From a phage, in sequence record OZ346222.1: a stretch of DNA of 64,000 nt; one strand, written 5' to 3'. Below, in pieces: positions 18,558 to 26,860 of this stretch (position 1 is the stretch's first letter; every line of letters starts with the position of its first letter). The notes under the pieces were generated by a model. It saw nothing but the letters and a program-made list of their open reading frames with translations, had not been told where the DNA came from and ran no database searches. Made by a program: the position numbers and the translations under genes.

Positions 18558-18911
18558 ATGATCAGCGGGGCAAGTTTTATTATTGGCGCTATTGCTACGG
18601 CTTTAATTGTAAACAAGATCCAATCTAAAAACGAAAAAGATAGCAACGCCCTTACAGAATACCCGTTTTGGGTATTCAACGACAATGAAGACTATATTAT
18701 CAAGTACAAGAATGAGAAGGGCGACCAGGTAACACCGCGACCGATCCCGGCTTACAAGATGCAAGAAACACTATACCGCCTAAAGGCTGGAGGCGCAAAA
18801 ATCGTAGACTTTTGGGGATACGATCACACAGATCAGGAAGTTATAAAGCGCCGTATCCGGGCTATTCAGGCCAATATTGAAGTTAGCAAGGGGGGAATAT
18901 ATGAAGATTAA
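18558..18911 (+). CDS. membrane-anchored protein (117 aa)
   Basis: ATG after AAAGGAGAAAG; N-terminal TM helix. Confidence 0.45.
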   Translation: MISGASFIIGAIATALIVNKIQSKNEKDSNALTEYPFWVFNDNEDYIIKYKNEKGDQVTPRPIPAYKMQETLYRLKAGGAKIVDFWGYDHTDQEVIKRRIRAIQANIEVSKGGIYED

Positions 18912-19098
18912 TTTTGAGAAGATTGTAAAGCGATCTCATGCTTCCGAAGAGCTGCCGGAACGCCGCCAGCGCAACAATAAACTGAATAAGCCAAAAAGAT
19001 TTGGGAAGATCTGGCGGAATCATTATGATCGCAAATTACCGGGCCTGCTTTTGGAACGTGAACGACAGGCGGAACGATACCGCCACAAAGGCAAATAA
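18901..19098 (+). CDS. hypothetical basic protein (65 aa)
   Basis: ATG after AAGGGGGGAA; overlaps upstream stop. Confidence 0.4.
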   Translation: MKINFEKIVKRSHASEELPERRQRNNKLNKPKRFGKIWRNHYDRKLPGLLLERERQAERYRHKGK

Positions 19099-19106
19099 CA
19101 ACCAAC

Positions 19107-19135
19107 GCCCCGCCATTGTGCGGGGCTTTTTATTT
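19107..19135 (+). terminator. rho-independent terminator
   Basis: GCCCCGC ... GCGGGGC hairpin followed by TTTTTATTT. Confidence 0.65.
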
Positions 19136-19256
19136 CTATCCTACGAATAGCGCCCCTGGTTGGCCCTGTAAGCGCCAAAAAGGCCCCACCTATGCAATCG
19201 CCCACCTTTAACCTGAAAACATCGCTTAGGGCCGTTTTATGGCGTTAAAAATATCA

Positions 19257-19307
19257 TTGACAGTGATTTTATTTAAAGCTTGACATCTTAAACAGGTTAG
19301 CTATACT
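19257..19307 (+). promoter_or_regulatory. sigma70-type promoter with tandem -35 hexamers
   Basis: TTGACA at 19257 and 19280; 16-bp spacer; TATACT. Confidence 0.5.
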
Positions 19308-19341
19308 AACCACATCAAAGAGAGAGAAAGGAGTAAACGCC

Positions 19342-19602
19342 ATGCGTAAATTAAAAAATTTTGATAAAGTTGATGTTGTCCTGAATAATTTTTACTACTG
19401 CAACAACAAGGCCATTTGGTGGCGTGATAGTTCCACCGATAAAGTCAAGGCGCGCTTTCTCCAGGGGCACTGGCAAGGCCGCCCAGTGATTAAAATCATG
19501 GGGCAATTGGTAGCGTTTAAAAATTGCCGCCGTGTTGATGACGTTGAAGAGATCTTGAATATTTTACGCCACAATAATTTAAAAAATAGTGTTGACAAGT
19601 AA
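19342..19602 (+). CDS. hypothetical protein (86 aa)
   Basis: RBS AAAGGAG. Confidence 0.5.
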   Translation: MRKLKNFDKVDVVLNNFYYCNNKAIWWRDSSTDKVKARFLQGHWQGRPVIKIMGQLVAFKNCRRVDDVEEILNILRHNNLKNSVDK

Positions 19603-19619
19603 ATCTCAATAAGTATACT
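19592..19619 (+). promoter_or_regulatory. sigma70-type promoter
   Basis: TTGACA, 16-bp spacer, TATACT; followed by GCGGGAAGTTTTCCCGC leader hairpin. Confidence 0.5.
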
Positions 19620-19676
19620 TAAGCACACAGGCGGGAAGTTTTCCCGCCACTAACAAAGAAAATAGGAGAAAATATC

Positions 19677-20300
19677 ATGACCACCGTTAACATTACCACA
19701 GGTTGCAATTTATCTTTCGACGTGCTGACCGACGAACAAAAAGAAAAAGCTGTTGAAATGGTCCGCGAAAGAGAAGAACACAGCGGGGATAACTTTTTTG
19801 CAGAAAGTGTAATTGAATACTATAAAGAATATGTTTTTCCAGAGTACGGGCTTGAAGATACCAAGGTACAGTGGTCCGGCTTTTGGTGTCAAGGCGACGG
19901 CGCATCAATTAGCGCTGAAAATGTAAACTTAGAAAAATTCTTGCGTAAGGTTAAAGCGCTTACAAAATTTCGCTCAATTAGACACTTGTTCGGCACAATG
20001 CACGATGGCGAACTATCAGCCAGCGTTGAACGTATCCCGTTTAGCCATTATCATCACGAAAACACAATAGGCGGGTGCATCGATACCAACTGGCTAGACC
20101 TGACCACCAAGCAAGAGGATAAAATTGAAGAGCTGGAAGAGCTGATCACCGAGACGGTACGGGAGCTATCCCGCAAGGTTTACGTAGACCTGGAGCAGGC
20201 CTATCTTGAACAATTCACTACCGAAAACCTGATCGGCCTTATCGAGGCCAATGATTGGCGGTTTGATGTGGATGAGTATGGCGAGATGACTTTTTCATAA
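19677..20300 (+). CDS. hypothetical protein (207 aa)
   Basis: Conserved leader/RBS. Confidence 0.5.
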   Translation: MTTVNITTGCNLSFDVLTDEQKEKAVEMVREREEHSGDNFFAESVIEYYKEYVFPEYGLEDTKVQWSGFWCQGDGASISAENVNLEKFLRKVKALTKFRSIRHLFGTMHDGELSASVERIPFSHYHHENTIGGCIDTNWLDLTTKQEDKIEELEELITETVRELSRKVYVDLEQAYLEQFTTENLIGLIEANDWRFDVDEYGEMTFS

Positions 20301-20308
20301 ATAAAGTG

Positions 20309-20336
20309 TTGCAATAACCTAAAAACCTGCTATATT
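20309..20336 (+). promoter_or_regulatory. sigma70-type promoter
   Basis: TTGCAA, 16-bp spacer, TATATT. Confidence 0.45.
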
Positions 20337-20389
20337 AAAACTCAAGGGGCAAGACGTTTGCCCCCACACAAAACAAAGAGGAAAACATC

Positions 20390-20770
20390 ATGAAAAACAC
20401 TACTAAAGCTATTGACACCGTTATGTTTAACCTGGTTACCTTTCGCGAGGATATGAAAGATCTTCCACGTGAAACAGTGTGCGATCACATTGAAAACTAT
20501 CGCAAACTAATCAAAGAGTTGCCTTTAAAACGTGACCAGTATGCGGCTAACGCCATGCTTAATGCCATGATCAAAAAGATGATTCAGTGTGATTTAACTC
20601 TGGCCTATGACTATGCGGGTGGTCGTTTTGCAGTATACAATCAGCCCGTGCCCGGTATGGGCACCACCGAAGAATTGCACGCGCTCAATCTAAAACAAGA
20701 CGTATGGGATAACATGCCCCGCGTGGTGGTGTGGGCAGAAAGCGGAAAGATTTACGGCGATAATTTTTAA
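20390..20770 (+). CDS. hypothetical protein (126 aa)
   Basis: Conserved leader hairpin plus RBS. Confidence 0.5.
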   Translation: MKNTTKAIDTVMFNLVTFREDMKDLPRETVCDHIENYRKLIKELPLKRDQYAANAMLNAMIKKMIQCDLTLAYDYAGGRFAVYNQPVPGMGTTEELHALNLKQDVWDNMPRVVVWAESGKIYGDNF

Positions 20771-20780
20771 TCAGGTAACA

Positions 20781-20806
20781 GGCGGCATATTTGCCGCCTT
20801 ATTGTT
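20781..20806 (+). terminator. rho-independent terminator
   Basis: GGCGGCA ... TGCCGCC hairpin followed by T-rich run. Confidence 0.55.
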
Positions 20807-20834
20807 AAACAGAGTTGCAAAAGAGGTACATAGA

Positions 20835-21206
20835 ATGGAATTTATTATTTTGGCTGTAGTAGTTGCCTTGTTCAACGCCTGGATCGCTGGCAAGATGGGT
20901 AGATCCGCCTTTTTATGGTTTATTATATCTATTTTCCTGGGGGTGGTTGCAACTATTGTACTTGTTATCCTTGCAATTGTTGACAAGGGGAATAATAGAA
21001 AGGGTAAAGTATTTTCAGACCTGTACGACGCTCAAACGTTTGTCAACGCCTATTATAGTGATCTTCCAGTCTCCCTACGCTGCAGCCTGGCACAACAAGT
21101 TTTCGATGAGGCTAAAACCAGAGATCAAGCCCATGAGATATGTTTAACTGAGGCGGATCGCCTATTTGAGAGGAATAGAAAATATGTGGGCCAACCGTTT
21201 AAATAA
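20835..21206 (+). CDS. membrane protein (123 aa, two predicted TM helices)
   Basis: ATG after AAAGAGG; hydrophobic N-terminal half. Confidence 0.45.
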   Translation: MEFIILAVVVALFNAWIAGKMGRSAFLWFIISIFLGVVATIVLVILAIVDKGNNRKGKVFSDLYDAQTFVNAYYSDLPVSLRCSLAQQVFDEAKTRDQAHEICLTEADRLFERNRKYVGQPFK

Positions 21207-21429
21207 TGCCACGTTAATTAATCCCTTTAGTGAAGATTTGAAGCCAGCCGCCTGGCGTGATGGATTCAATAACGAACGCTTTATTTTCAAGCCTGATCTT
21301 GAGGAATTTTATAACAATGGATCGAACAACAGCGGAGATAATTTTTCTTGGGATGTGCGTGGTGATGGTACTCCTGGGGGCCATTGTAAACCACGTCACT
21401 ACTACCAGGAGGAAAGAGGGAGACGATGA
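21184..21429 (+). CDS. hypothetical protein (81 aa)
   Basis: ATG after GAGGAA; alternative overlapping frame (21257..21442) also open. Confidence 0.3.
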   Translation: MWANRLNNATLINPFSEDLKPAAWRDGFNNERFIFKPDLEEFYNNGSNNSGDNFSWDVRGDGTPGGHCKPRHYYQEERGRR

Positions 21430-21549
21430 CAACCAAGGATAAGCCCCGTACCGATAAGGCGCGCCGGGTTATGGTATGGCTTGAGATCATCGCCCTTGAA
21501 ATATTGCTAGGCGTAGGGATGTACTTTATCGCTGTAAGTAACTAAGAGC

Positions 21550-21578
21550 GGCCCCCGATCATGGGGGCCTATCTTTTA
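21550..21578 (+). terminator. rho-independent terminator
   Basis: GGCCCCCGATCATGGGGGCC hairpin followed by TATCTTTT. Confidence 0.6.
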
Positions 21579-21599
21579 AAAAATTTTTCTTCCGGGGTG

Positions 21600-21627
21600 T
21601 TGCAATCCGGTCCGGAATGTGGATAAT
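21600..21627 (+). promoter_or_regulatory. sigma70-type promoter
   Basis: TTGCAA, 16-bp spacer, GATAAT; similar to element at 22763. Confidence 0.45.
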
Positions 21628-21683
21628 AACAATCAACGGGGAGCTAATCCCCACCACCACAAAAACCAGAAAGGAGAAACAAA

Positions 21684-21884
21684 ATGAGCAACAATATCCG
21701 CGTTATTAACTTCAAAAAAGAAGAAAAAATTGCCGTGCTGATTGACGGTCAAGAAATCTTCAAGGGCGACTATGAAGATCATCAAACGGCGATTAGTATC
21801 ACTCGCGTGATTGGTTATCATAATTTCTACCCCCAAGGCGCTGAGGCAGCAGTTAAACGAATCAAAGAGATTGTAGGCCTGTAA
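21684..21884 (+). CDS. hypothetical protein (66 aa)
   Basis: Conserved leader/RBS. Confidence 0.45.
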   Translation: MSNNIRVINFKKEEKIAVLIDGQEIFKGDYEDHQTAISITRVIGYHNFYPQGAEAAVKRIKEIVGL

Positions 21885-21891
21885 AATTTAT

Positions 21892-21931
21892 TTTTAGATG
21901 GCCTTGACTTCAGGGCCATCGATAAAGTAAA
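21892..21931 (+). repeat. promoter-like stem-loop repeat element, copy 4
   Basis: GATGGCC-TTGACTTCAG-GGCCATC; near-identical to copies 1 and 2. Confidence 0.6.
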
Positions 21932-21977
21932 TTTAAACCCTGTTAAAATACCACGCAGTTAACAAGGAGTGATAGAC

Positions 21978-22277
21978 ATGTTTATCCAGGCTAATAATCT
22001 TTATTTCTTTGATGGTCAGATCGTAGATGGTGTGGAAGTGGAGATCACCGGGTGCCCTGGCGGTCAGGCTATGACTTTTCGGAATAATGCCTTTGATGAT
22101 TCTCATATCGTTATGAGAATGGAAGTTACGAAGCTGGACGACAAGAAAACACTTATTGACTATTCTGTGAAAGATCATCCAGACTACCGCATGATCCATG
22201 GTGATTTGTGCATTGTTGACCGTGACAAGGTGGGCGGCATTGTGATCGCTATTGTGAACGATGTTTTCTCAAACTAA
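21978..22277 (+). CDS. hypothetical protein (99 aa)
   Basis: ATG 8 nt after AAGGAG. Confidence 0.45.
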   Translation: MFIQANNLYFFDGQIVDGVEVEITGCPGGQAMTFRNNAFDDSHIVMRMEVTKLDDKKTLIDYSVKDHPDYRMIHGDLCIVDRDKVGGIVIAIVNDVFSN

Positions 22278-22294
22278 TTTCAGCAGGCGATTTT

Positions 22295-22645
22295 ATGAAA
22301 GTCAAACTATATTACCTTAATGAGCTTAACCCCCTTGCCCAGGTCCGCGCCCTAGCTAATACCTTGATTTGTGAGAAATCTGTATATTGTGTTGAGCTTA
22401 ACGCCATGCGTGAACGTCTCAAAGGTGGTTACTTTGACATCCATGCTGCAATCAACGGCCTGAATATGGAATTTATACGCTTACGTAACAGCCGCCGGAA
22501 TCTGGCAAGAATGGAACAAGATCCGGCCCACCTTCGTAAGCTGGTTATTGAAAATCATCTGATGTTTAATGCCGAGGGTGATTATTACCATTTTCACCGC
22601 AAACGCTGGTACCGTGGCGGCAATACAGGCAAGAATGCAAAATAA
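22295..22645 (+). CDS. hypothetical protein (116 aa)
   Basis: In gene array; followed by hairpins. Confidence 0.45.
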   Translation: MKVKLYYLNELNPLAQVRALANTLICEKSVYCVELNAMRERLKGGYFDIHAAINGLNMEFIRLRNSRRNLARMEQDPAHLRKLVIENHLMFNAEGDYYHFHRKRWYRGGNTGKNAK

Positions 22646-22680
22646 GGCCCCTAGCAGGGCCTGCAGCAATATAATCACAT

Positions 22681-22714
22681 AAAGGCCATGCGGTTGCATG
22701 GCCTTTATTATTTT
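22681..22714 (+). terminator. rho-independent terminator
   Basis: AAGGCCATGC-GGTT-GCATGGCCTT hairpin followed by T-rich run. Confidence 0.6.
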
Positions 22715-22762
22715 GGCGTTACAACGGCATACGGGGCGCTTAAAAAATTTTTAAAGAAGTAC

Positions 22763-22790
22763 TTGCATCATTCCCGACAATATGGATAAT
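22763..22790 (+). promoter_or_regulatory. sigma70-type promoter
   Basis: TTGCAT, 16-bp spacer, GATAAT. Confidence 0.45.
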
Positions 22791-22847
22791 AAGAGTTGTC
22801 GAGGGGGAGGCCCCCAATCGTTGACCAGATAGATAGGAGTTAAAATC

Positions 22848-23132
22848 ATGGCTATTGTTACCGCTGGCGATGTAGTAGAAATGGAAGCAAAATACTTAAA
22901 AGCGGGTATGCACATCCTACGGAATGATCAAGAGCTATTATTAACGATGGTTGACTATAATCACGGCCAGGATTATCCAAGCATCGACTACTTTTTTGAG
23001 TATGTTGATGAAGAGTTGAAAGAGGATGAGGCCTATTGCGGTGAGTTCTGCAACTTCTTTTGTCCTGATGAGGTTGTAAAGGTTATTTATCAACCTGGCG
23101 TAGCTTTCCCGCTGCACGCTATCAATAAATAA
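22848..23132 (+). CDS. hypothetical protein (94 aa)
   Basis: RBS TAGGAG. Confidence 0.5.
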   Translation: MAIVTAGDVVEMEAKYLKAGMHILRNDQELLLTMVDYNHGQDYPSIDYFFEYVDEELKEDEAYCGEFCNFFCPDEVVKVIYQPGVAFPLHAINK

Positions 23133-23187
23133 ACCTGGCGGGGCCGAAAAGGCCCCCAATTATGAAAATAAAGAGAGGCAAATCATC

Positions 23188-23421
23188 ATGATGGAACAAA
23201 TTAAACGCGCCGAGGCTATTAATGGCAACGTGATCTATTTTGTCAGCAAAAACGAAAAAGGCGTACCATATGCGGCAGTAATAGTACAACCTGACGGCGA
23301 TTATTGGTTTACTGTGTACGGCGCTTATTCTTTTGGGCGTCCAGTGCATGATAAAATTTTGAAAGTAGCGAACCCTACCGGGAAGAATATCACAGCAGAA
23401 AAATTTTTTGAAAATAGTTGA
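23188..23421 (+). CDS. hypothetical protein (77 aa)
   Basis: RBS AGAGAGG. Confidence 0.45.
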   Translation: MMEQIKRAEAINGNVIYFVSKNEKGVPYAAVIVQPDGDYWFTVYGAYSFGRPVHDKILKVANPTGKNITAEKFFENS

Positions 23422-23445
23422 CATGACCATATAAGACTGTAATAT
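23418..23445 (+). promoter_or_regulatory. sigma70-type promoter
   Basis: TTGACA overlapping stop codon; 16-bp spacer; TAATAT. Confidence 0.5.
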
Positions 23446-23496
23446 ATAAATCAAAGGGGGCAACGAACCCCACCAACTACAAAGAGGATAAAAATC

Positions 23497-23676
23497 ATGG
23501 CTATTATTGCAAAGACTGAGATCATAGGCTTAGATTCTATTCTCCTCGCATATGAGGAAGCTATAGAAATGTATGTGGTTTCCTATGGTGAGTATATCCG
23601 TGAATATAAATCTATTGATCTGGCTTTTGAATGTTATATCCGCCAGGTTAATAAAGCGTACGATGATTATCGTTAA
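23497..23676 (+). CDS. hypothetical small protein (59 aa)
   Basis: Conserved leader/RBS; below ORF-track threshold. Confidence 0.4.
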   Translation: MAIIAKTEIIGLDSILLAYEEAIEMYVVSYGEYIREYKSIDLAFECYIRQVNKAYDDYR

Positions 23677-23682
23677 AATAGT

Positions 23683-23711
23683 TTGACAACAGCCATCTTA
23701 CAAAGCATAAT
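23683..23711 (+). promoter_or_regulatory. sigma70-type promoter
   Basis: TTGACA, 17-bp spacer, CATAAT. Confidence 0.5.
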
Positions 23712-23763
23712 ACATAAGGCGGTGGAATGGTCCGCCACCTGGAACAAAGAAGAGGTAAACACC

Positions 23764-24009
23764 ATGAAAAGCAATAAAGGTTATAACGGTTACAAAAACA
23801 AAACTCATTGGAATGTAAGCCTTTGGATTAATAACGATGAGTCATTGTACCGGTTGGCCCAAGGCTTTATTAACGCCAATGCTAATCGTAATGATGCGGC
23901 GCGGGATATGATGCTTTTTCTGGAGCTAACCGGACAAGATAAGACCCTGGACGGCTTCAAGTACAGCACTACGGCGATCCGTGCCGCGATGGTTGGAATG
24001 AAACACTAA
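23764..24009 (+). CDS. hypothetical protein (81 aa)
   Basis: ATG after conserved AGAGGTAAACACC leader. Confidence 0.45.
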   Translation: MKSNKGYNGYKNKTHWNVSLWINNDESLYRLAQGFINANANRNDAARDMMLFLELTGQDKTLDGFKYSTTAIRAAMVGMKH

Positions 24010-24086
24010 AAGCACATAGCTGCCTTACCCTGGGGCTGTGGTAGCGGCCCCATGAATAAGGTTACTAACAGAAGAGAATAAACACC

Positions 24087-24191
24087 ATGAAACAGAAATT
24101 AATCGATGCAGTGATCTTGGTTATTGCCCTGGGTATTGGCCTGATTGCAACCATGTCTAATATGATCTTGTCTTCCAACGGTATCGGGTGA
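24087..24191 (+). CDS. small membrane peptide (34 aa)
   Basis: ATG after AGAGAATAAACACC; single hydrophobic helix; hand translated. Confidence 0.3.
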   Translation: MKQKLIDAVILVIALGIGLIATMSNMILSSNGIG

Positions 24192-24200
24192 GGTTGGCAA

Positions 24201-24416
24201 ATGATCACTAACAAAACAGGCAAAACGGAATTTTTACGCAACTTACAGATCGGCAAGCCTGAGATCTGGTACTGCACTAAAACACCGCGTGACGAAATGA
24301 AAGACTTCACCGCCACGCTGCAACGGGTAAAGATATCTATCACGCAGAAAAAGGCCTTACTAGTGGTGGAAGGGGAGATCCCCCAAACCGTTGTTATAGT
24401 TGATCGTACAGCATAG
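24201..24416 (+). CDS. hypothetical protein (71 aa)
   Basis: RBS GGTGAGG. Confidence 0.4.
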   Translation: MITNKTGKTEFLRNLQIGKPEIWYCTKTPRDEMKDFTATLQRVKISITQKKALLVVEGEIPQTVVIVDRTA

Positions 24417-24507
24417 TTTAATTTATACAGATACCTGAAAATTAACCAACAAAGCATAAACAGGCGGTTACCGCCGCCTTAAACGTAGCAGAAAGAGGAT
24501 AGGCACA

Positions 24508-24792
24508 ATGAAAAAGATGATCGCAGTGGTTACCCTGGTTGTTGGACTTAATGCGCCTGTAATGGCTAAAGAGCTGGCAAAAGAGGTTAATCTAACGGAT
24601 ATTCATGCCGTCAATCAAATCGGGGTTACTTATCGCTTATGCCTTGCCGCTAAAACTTTTAAGGACGGCACAACAGAGTACTACGGATTCGAGGGTATCC
24701 GGTGCGGTGAGCTTGCTCGCGACCTTAAGGAAGATCCAGACCTGGAGGATCTGCCCATAACCGTGAACGGGAAAACTTACGTGAACCGTTAA
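24508..24792 (+). CDS. secreted/periplasmic protein (94 aa, N-terminal signal peptide)
   Basis: MKKMIAVVTLVVGLNAPVMA signal-like N-terminus; AGAGGATAGG RBS. Confidence 0.45.
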   Translation: MKKMIAVVTLVVGLNAPVMAKELAKEVNLTDIHAVNQIGVTYRLCLAAKTFKDGTTEYYGFEGIRCGELARDLKEDPDLEDLPITVNGKTYVNR

Positions 24793-24794
24793 CC

Positions 24795-24929
24795 ATGAGA
24801 AAGATAATTATTACCATGGGGATCGTGGCGGCAATGTTGGCGATCTTTCCCTTTATGGTTAGGTATGTGCTGATTAATGTTGTCCTGGTAGTCAGCGATC
24901 TGGTGTTATATATTAACTCATTGTTTTAG
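24795..24929 (+). CDS. small membrane peptide (44 aa)
   Basis: Hydrophobic throughout; hand translated. Confidence 0.3.
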   Translation: MRKIIITMGIVAAMLAIFPFMVRYVLINVVLVVSDLVLYINSLF

Positions 24930-24937
24930 GCGCGATA

Positions 24938-25129
24938 ATGACAGCGGAAGAAGTTAAAAAAGTACTGGCGGTACTGCGTTATCATAATCATTGCAAGGTG
25001 AAGAATGATCCTGATTATCTTGATTCATCCCTTGAAGAGGATACACTACAAGCCATAAGCAACATGCAAGAATTGCTTAAGCGTATGACAGAGAAAAACC
25101 GACCGGACTACATAGGGGGTAAAATATGA
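24938..25129 (+). CDS. hypothetical protein (63 aa)
   Basis: In gene array. Confidence 0.4.
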   Translation: MTAEEVKKVLAVLRYHNHCKVKNDPDYLDSSLEEDTLQAISNMQELLKRMTEKNRPDYIGGKI

Positions 25130-25437
25130 TCGCTATTACGCCAACCGTTTTAGATTGGTATCGGCAACGCATAGCGCCTCCGCTGGCTATCTTCAAAGAT
25201 GCGGAAGCAAAACAACGCCGGATCTCAATACATGAGATCATCAACCTTAACGCTGGAGGCACACCATACCGCCCAGGACCTGGCCGTGAGATGGACAATA
25301 CATTGGCGATCCTGAAGATACGCCGTAAACGGTCCTCCCTTACGCTGGATTCATTACACACAATGCAGTCTCCGTTCCAGGTGACTGGGAAACGGATCGC
25401 CAGGTCCTGGACAAAGGCCAATGACCGGACCGTATAA
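25126..25437 (+). CDS. hypothetical protein (103 aa)
   Basis: ATGA overlap with upstream gene. Confidence 0.4.
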   Translation: MIAITPTVLDWYRQRIAPPLAIFKDAEAKQRRISIHEIINLNAGGTPYRPGPGREMDNTLAILKIRRKRSSLTLDSLHTMQSPFQVTGKRIARSWTKANDRTV

Positions 25438-25572
25438 ATAAAAAGTGTTTTGGTACTGATTTTGGGGTTGACTTGTTCGGCCCCTTTTGCTATTCTTATT
25501 AAACGGGCGGCACTTGGGAACAGGGGGAGACAATCACCAGGCCTGCCTGTCATATAAGAACTATAAAAACCG

Positions 25573-25601
25573 TTGACATCTGCCAGGGGGTGGGGTAACA
25601 T
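25573..25601 (+). promoter_or_regulatory. sigma70-type promoter
   Basis: TTGACA, 17-bp spacer, TAACAT; followed by leader hairpin. Confidence 0.5.
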
Positions 25602-25655
25602 TTATCTTGAAGGGGCAAAGGTGCCCACACAACAACCAGAAGAGAGGAAAACACT

Positions 25656-25928
25656 ATGTCAAGCTGGATTAATCAAGAAGTCGAATCACGTTTTAATGCT
25701 ATTTGGGATCTCATCGAAAAAGAAGACGGCACATCAAGCCCCTACCTCAACAATTTGGAATTCCATTTTGTGGAAGCGATGAACGCAGAACATGATCACG
25801 AAGGTGGTGCGGACGAGTTCGCTAAAGGGTATGGCTTCAACAATGCCAACGAAATGATCGAGGCGGTTGTACTCCAGGCTGAGGAAGATTATCAATTAAA
25901 AACGCTTGAATTCTGCCGCCGCAAGTAA
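25656..25928 (+). CDS. hypothetical acidic protein (90 aa)
   Basis: Conserved leader/RBS. Confidence 0.5.
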   Translation: MSSWINQEVESRFNAIWDLIEKEDGTSSPYLNNLEFHFVEAMNAEHDHEGGADEFAKGYGFNNANEMIEAVVLQAEEDYQLKTLEFCRRK

Positions 25929-25988
25929 TAAGATAATGACACGGGCCGGGAGGCCCACTAATCAGAACCACACAAAGAGGTAAACATC

Positions 25989-26252
25989 ATGAAACGTCTT
26001 GATCAGCTTAAACTAGTTCAGTACATGGCCTACAAAGTTCTTGAAGTCCAAAAAGGTAGCAAAAAAGAGGTTTGCGAGAAAGCGTACAAGATCTTTACCC
26101 GTAAAAAAGATGATTGGATGTTACGCCAGACCAAAAAAGCCGATATCTTGGGGTACCTGGAAGAAGAGATCCGACTTGAAGAGCAAGAAGAGATCCGCCG
26201 CAGTGAGGCAGATTATCAGGCAGCCTGGGAAAACTGGATGAGCAACAAATAA
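25989..26252 (+). CDS. hypothetical protein (87 aa)
   Basis: Conserved leader/RBS. Confidence 0.5.
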   Translation: MKRLDQLKLVQYMAYKVLEVQKGSKKEVCEKAYKIFTRKKDDWMLRQTKKADILGYLEEEIRLEEQEEIRRSEADYQAAWENWMSNK

Positions 26253-26319
26253 TACAACAAGTTGCACGATCAGGGGGCAATAAAGCCCCTTGATCACATA
26301 AAAATTATGCTATCCTTGG

Positions 26320-26348
26320 TTGACAAGGATCGGCAGTTTTGCTATATT
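26320..26348 (+). promoter_or_regulatory. sigma70-type promoter
   Basis: TTGACA, 17-bp spacer, TATATT. Confidence 0.5.
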
Positions 26349-26396
26349 CTTTTTGAAGGGAAGTTGTAAGAAAATTAACTAAGAGGTAAAAACACC

Positions 26397-26816
26397 ATGA
26401 ACATTAAATCTAATAATCCGGCATATAGCTTTGATAACGCTTTTTGTCACGGTCCGGCGGCGAAAGGATTCGAAATCGATGGTAAACTAATTATTGTCAA
26501 TGTTGACGGGGAAGAGGTTGCAGTATATCCGGTGGCAGACGTAAAAAGCCGTTTACAATGCCGCATGGATGTTACCGCCTATCAGCTTGATCCGGTCCGC
26601 ATAGTTGCCCTGGTCCTGGAAGAAGAAATTAAAGCCATGCACCATAGCAACAGATTTATTGGTGACGCGCAGGATAATATGAAAGTATGCCGCCATAAAG
26701 TTAATGAAGTGCTTAAAGAGTACGGCTATAAAGATCTTATGATCAAACGTGAGGAAAAATTCCGCTACCGTAACGACCTGGCAAATCGGATTTTTGAAAT
26801 ATACGAATCATTATAA
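26397..26816 (+). CDS. hypothetical protein (139 aa)
   Basis: RBS AAGAGG; last gene of rightward block. Confidence 0.5.
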   Translation: MNIKSNNPAYSFDNAFCHGPAAKGFEIDGKLIIVNVDGEEVAVYPVADVKSRLQCRMDVTAYQLDPVRIVALVLEEEIKAMHHSNRFIGDAQDNMKVCRHKVNEVLKEYGYKDLMIKREEKFRYRNDLANRIFEIYESL

Positions 26817-26834
26817 TTTTTTAACTGAATTATC

Positions 26835-26860
26835 AAGGGGCTTAGGCCCCTTTCTTTTTG
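26835..26860 (+). terminator. rho-independent terminator
   Basis: AAGGGGC-TTAG-GCCCCTT hairpin followed by TCTTTTT. Confidence 0.6.

Noticed and set aside
17534-21931. Hairpin repeats as rho-independent terminators
   Set aside because: The T-run lies 5' of the hairpin and the 3' side is A-rich on the plus strand; the loop carries a -35-like TTGACT, so a promoter-associated role fits better.
25077-25601. Minus-strand ORF of 174 aa
   Set aside because: Antisense to rightward genes 25126..25437 and 24938..25129, which have promoter/RBS context; contains the inverted GC-rich repeat.
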